A stretch of DNA of 56,740 nt, counting the filler, from Bipalium vagum (lineage: Eukaryota): NCBI GenBank assembly GCA_037834085.1. It is 3 parts of 3 records of this genome, joined end to end, with 100 filler letters (N's around TTAATTAATTAA, not from the genome) between each part and the next. Parts side by side here need not be neighbours in the genome. Positions count along the whole stretch, not along the records: positions 39,713 to 56,740 come from JBBMKC010081805.1; 2 more parts are not named here. The stretch is one strand, 5' to 3'. The position numbers were made by a program, and so were the translations under genes. Within the stretch, counting starts at the first letter, position 1. Every line of letters begins with the position of its first letter. Below are positions 53,801 to 56,740 of this stretch, piece after piece. The notes below the pieces were generated by a model that saw only the letters and a program-made list of their open reading frames with translations, had not been told where the DNA came from and did no database searches.

Positions 53801-55261
53801 CTGATTATTCCTCACCGCTTATCTCAGACATTTGTAAGAAATGATGTGTAAATTTGGTTTTTTTAATAGAAATTTATGGGAATTTGTCCTGTGCTCTGTA
53901 TATATCAGTCAATTGTCGATTGAGATAATTGACAATTAATACTTATTATCGCAACAGTCGTTAAGGTCTAGAGGAAATTCTGTCACATCAATTAAAACAG
54001 GTACTTGGGGTTGATAGCAGTTTTCATTTATTGCTATTTTATTTGTTTTTATCCTACTTATGAAGCGTCTTTGCAGTAAAAAAGAGTTTTTTATATGTAA
54101 ATAAGTGCTTAAATTTTGGAATTTCGATTTTTAATTCTACTTTTCATTGTGTATCGATTTCTTTTTAGAAATCTTATATTTCTTTCAGATTTTCGGGATT
54201 TGTCTTTCTTATAACACTTTGTAATTGGCAATAGACGATTATTGGTTTCAATGGATAAATGTAACTTAAAGGGATTGGATCGTCATCCCTTCCATAAATA
54301 GATTTAATGTGCAGAATAATAATAGTTTTAAGATATTTTTTTCAATTTTAAGCTCTGCCACATATTATTCAAGAGAACATTTTTTATCTTTGTTTATAAT
54401 AATAAATATAATTTTAATATTAATAAGGAAAATAAGAAATCTTTCAAATAAATAATTATAAAAATTATTTTTTTCCGGAAATTTGTTTCATCAATAATTT
54501 CTACAGATTCCAAAAGAAATATTCCAATCTGTTCTCATTCAAAAATTCCTCATCATTAAAACTCTCAAATTCTTTTCTTTTCTGGTTCTTTTTCATATTT
54601 TGAACAAATCAGACCAAGTTTCCTTCAACGATCACATCAAAGATTTGATAAACTTTAATAAATTGAGACATAAATCGATGAATTAGTGAGGTATTTTATT
54701 TTCCACAAAAACTGAACGATGGCGACAAATTTCCTGTAAAATCAATTAATTAATTATTATTTCAATTAATAAATCTGCTTTTAATACCATCGAAAACCAG
54801 TCAATGTGTTTTTCGATATCCGTAAAACATTGCCTATAATTCGATATCAGCCAGTATGCCTCATCTTGATTTTTTTTATTTATTTATTAATATTATTATT
54901 CAAATCGATTTCGCCAAAATATTGTACCTTTCCATCTTGGCAAATTCCACCGTAATGAGATTACATAATGAAAATACATGGCATACCGAAACACCGAGCT
55001 CCAGTACCAAATTAGATAATTAACATATTGAACAGTTATTATTATTTTTATTATATTTATCGTCACTGTTTTCTTCTTGGACTGAATGTTGGAAAACGGT
55101 TTTCCATTTCGGGAACAACGGCGACGATTATCTAATTCCAATGATTTATTGAATTTCAGCTTCATTAATGATTTTATGCTTTCAGCACCCGAGGTTATTA
55201 ATTACAATCCCATTTCCTATGCTACGGACATGTGGTCGATTGGTGTCATTACTTATATCAT
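45923..55261 (+). CDS. DAPK: Death-associated protein kinase family (CAMK group) Ser/Thr kinase; 5' five exons, continues past the window
   Basis: Exons 45923-45981, 46031-46255, 46307-46445, 51050-51173 and 55186-55261, all GT-AG with matching phases. The translation is [130 protein letters not shown]. Confidence 0.9.
50829..50885. repeat. (ATT)n microsatellite
   Basis: Run of ATT units with one interruption. Confidence 0.9.
52330..52855 (+). mobile_element. hAT transposase C-terminal dimerisation-domain relic in DAPK intron 4
   Basis: Reads DSLQWWKRNEHCYKKLS..LCIPETS..ERSFSSEGYIVTLTRSSFKPNSVNLLFCL, matching the WW..L.IPATS..ER.FS motif. Confidence 0.8.
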
Positions 55262-56659
55262 GTAAGAACCTTTTTCCAAGATTCATTTTTCAATTATTTT
55301 TTATTGATTTTCACAGATATTTTGTTTTCAAATTGAAAAATACACAAAATATCGATTCTTAATTATTTTTTAATTTGATTTTAAGTCAAATCAAATATAT
55401 TTATATTGAATTTCTAATTTATTTTTGTTAAAAAAAAATTATCGATTTTAATTATAATTTCAAAATTTAATTAAATCAAATTAAATTATATTGATTTTTT
55501 GTTTGAAATTTTGAAATATCGATTTCTTTTGAAAATATAATATTTATAATATTAACTTTTACAGGCTTGAATTATTATTGTTAATTGATAAAAATTCTTT
55601 TTAATAATTATTAATAAGAAAGAAAGTATAAAATCACATGTATGGAAGTATAAATATTTCATATAATATTTTATGAAAGTAGTACTTCATTTGCCTCATA
55701 TTGCTTTTGTACAGTTCTCTTTAAGTTTTATTTGCCCTTCATGAAGAAAATTTTAAGTTTTTTTTATAAGGTTTTCAAATCAATGAGAACTAACGTCTTT
55801 GTAAAATGTTTCGGTTTTCGTTACAGTAAAGGGAATATTGGTCACAAAAAAAGAATAGTTAAAGGAAATTAATTTTTTCCGATTTTAAATCAGAAATATG
55901 TTAATATTAAATGAGAAAATAAACTATTTATCGGACAGATATAAATATTTTTTGATTTATTAATTATTTTTTTACGGAATTTTAATGGGAATTCTATTTA
56001 AATTTGAAATATTTTTATTTATTTTTGTAGAAAAGGTTTACATGGAAATATTAAAATTGTCACATTATTTTTTAAATTTAACTTATCATTATTGTCAAAT
56101 AATTTTTTTTCATTTTTTCTTAATATTTTTGTTTGTTACATTCTAAGCTCCATGTGATATTTTATCTAAGAAATCCCATATATATAATTTATATATATAT
56201 TAATATATATAATTTCTTTTATTATTTATACAATTTTCAGTTTTCAATAATAAAAAAAATATTAATACAAAATAATTAAAAGATAACAATATATTAATTT
56301 TTAAAAATCATAGTTAAAAATGGTTTTAAAAAATTTGTTTTTTAAAGAATTTAATCTTATAATTAATTGATAAATCAATATTCAACATTATTTGTTATTA
56401 TTAATTAACAATTCTAAATTGAACCCACAAATCCTCCATACCAATACCATAACTGCATGTGAGGACTGCTGTATGGCAACTTATTTCTAGATAGAATGAT
56501 TGACATGGAATATCAGATTCCAAAAATTAGCTGACTTTCCCAAGTAATTTATAATCTTAAGCCAGCCAATCACCATTTTCAGGGTTTGTACGATTCACGA
56601 GATTCTTCATTTTATTTTCTTTTAGTACATTTTTTATTTTTAATTAATTAAGATTAATA

Positions 56660-56739
56660 TATTATATTATATTATTATTATTATTATGATTATTATTATT
56701 ATGATTATTATTATGCTTCTTATTATTATTATTATTATT
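56660..56739. repeat. Imperfect (ATT/ATG)n microsatellite
   Basis: Direct reading of the window end. Confidence 0.85.
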
Positions 56740-56740
56740 C

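Noticed and set aside
53250-54660. Possible nested antisense gene in DAPK intron 4
   Set aside because: Candidate minus-strand exons hit stops in all frames and could not be chained into a consistent CDS.

Overview
This is AT-rich eukaryotic (animal) genomic DNA with spliceosomal introns; there are no prokaryotic features, no CRISPR array and no recognisable rRNA or tRNA gene. The very high AT content, (ATT)n microsatellites, 41-62 nt minimal introns, a ciliary gene and abundant mariner and NeSL-like elements suggest an invertebrate such as a planarian, but the organism cannot be proven from this window. Two artificial 100-nt linkers (N44-TTAATTAATTAA-N44) split the window into three contigs. 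Four host genes were reconstructed by hand-splicing: RBBP4/RbAp48 (+, 4585-6004, complete, 4 exons); CFAP410/C21orf2 (-, from 16737, 4 clear exons, 3' end unresolved); STARD10-like START-domain protein (-, 36953-26987, complete, 5 exons); and a DAPK-family kinase (+, from 45923, 5 exons, continuing beyond the window). Much of the rest is decayed transposons: Ty3/gypsy pieces, a probable solo LTR, several mariners, maT/DD37D, Tc1 (one with IR/DR ends), IS630-like, Tigger/pogo, Merlin, hAT, a mariner-type MITE, and a NeSL-clade non-LTR retrotransposon with an Ulp1-like protease. The most notable oddities are a long hairpin just upstream of RBBP4, the GC-rich intronless 3' exon of RBBP4, and a 14-nt copy of the spliced DAPK exon3/exon4 junction at the start of a GC-rich island in DAPK intron 3. 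I do not see firm evidence for a wholly new biological system; the findings are leads to test.
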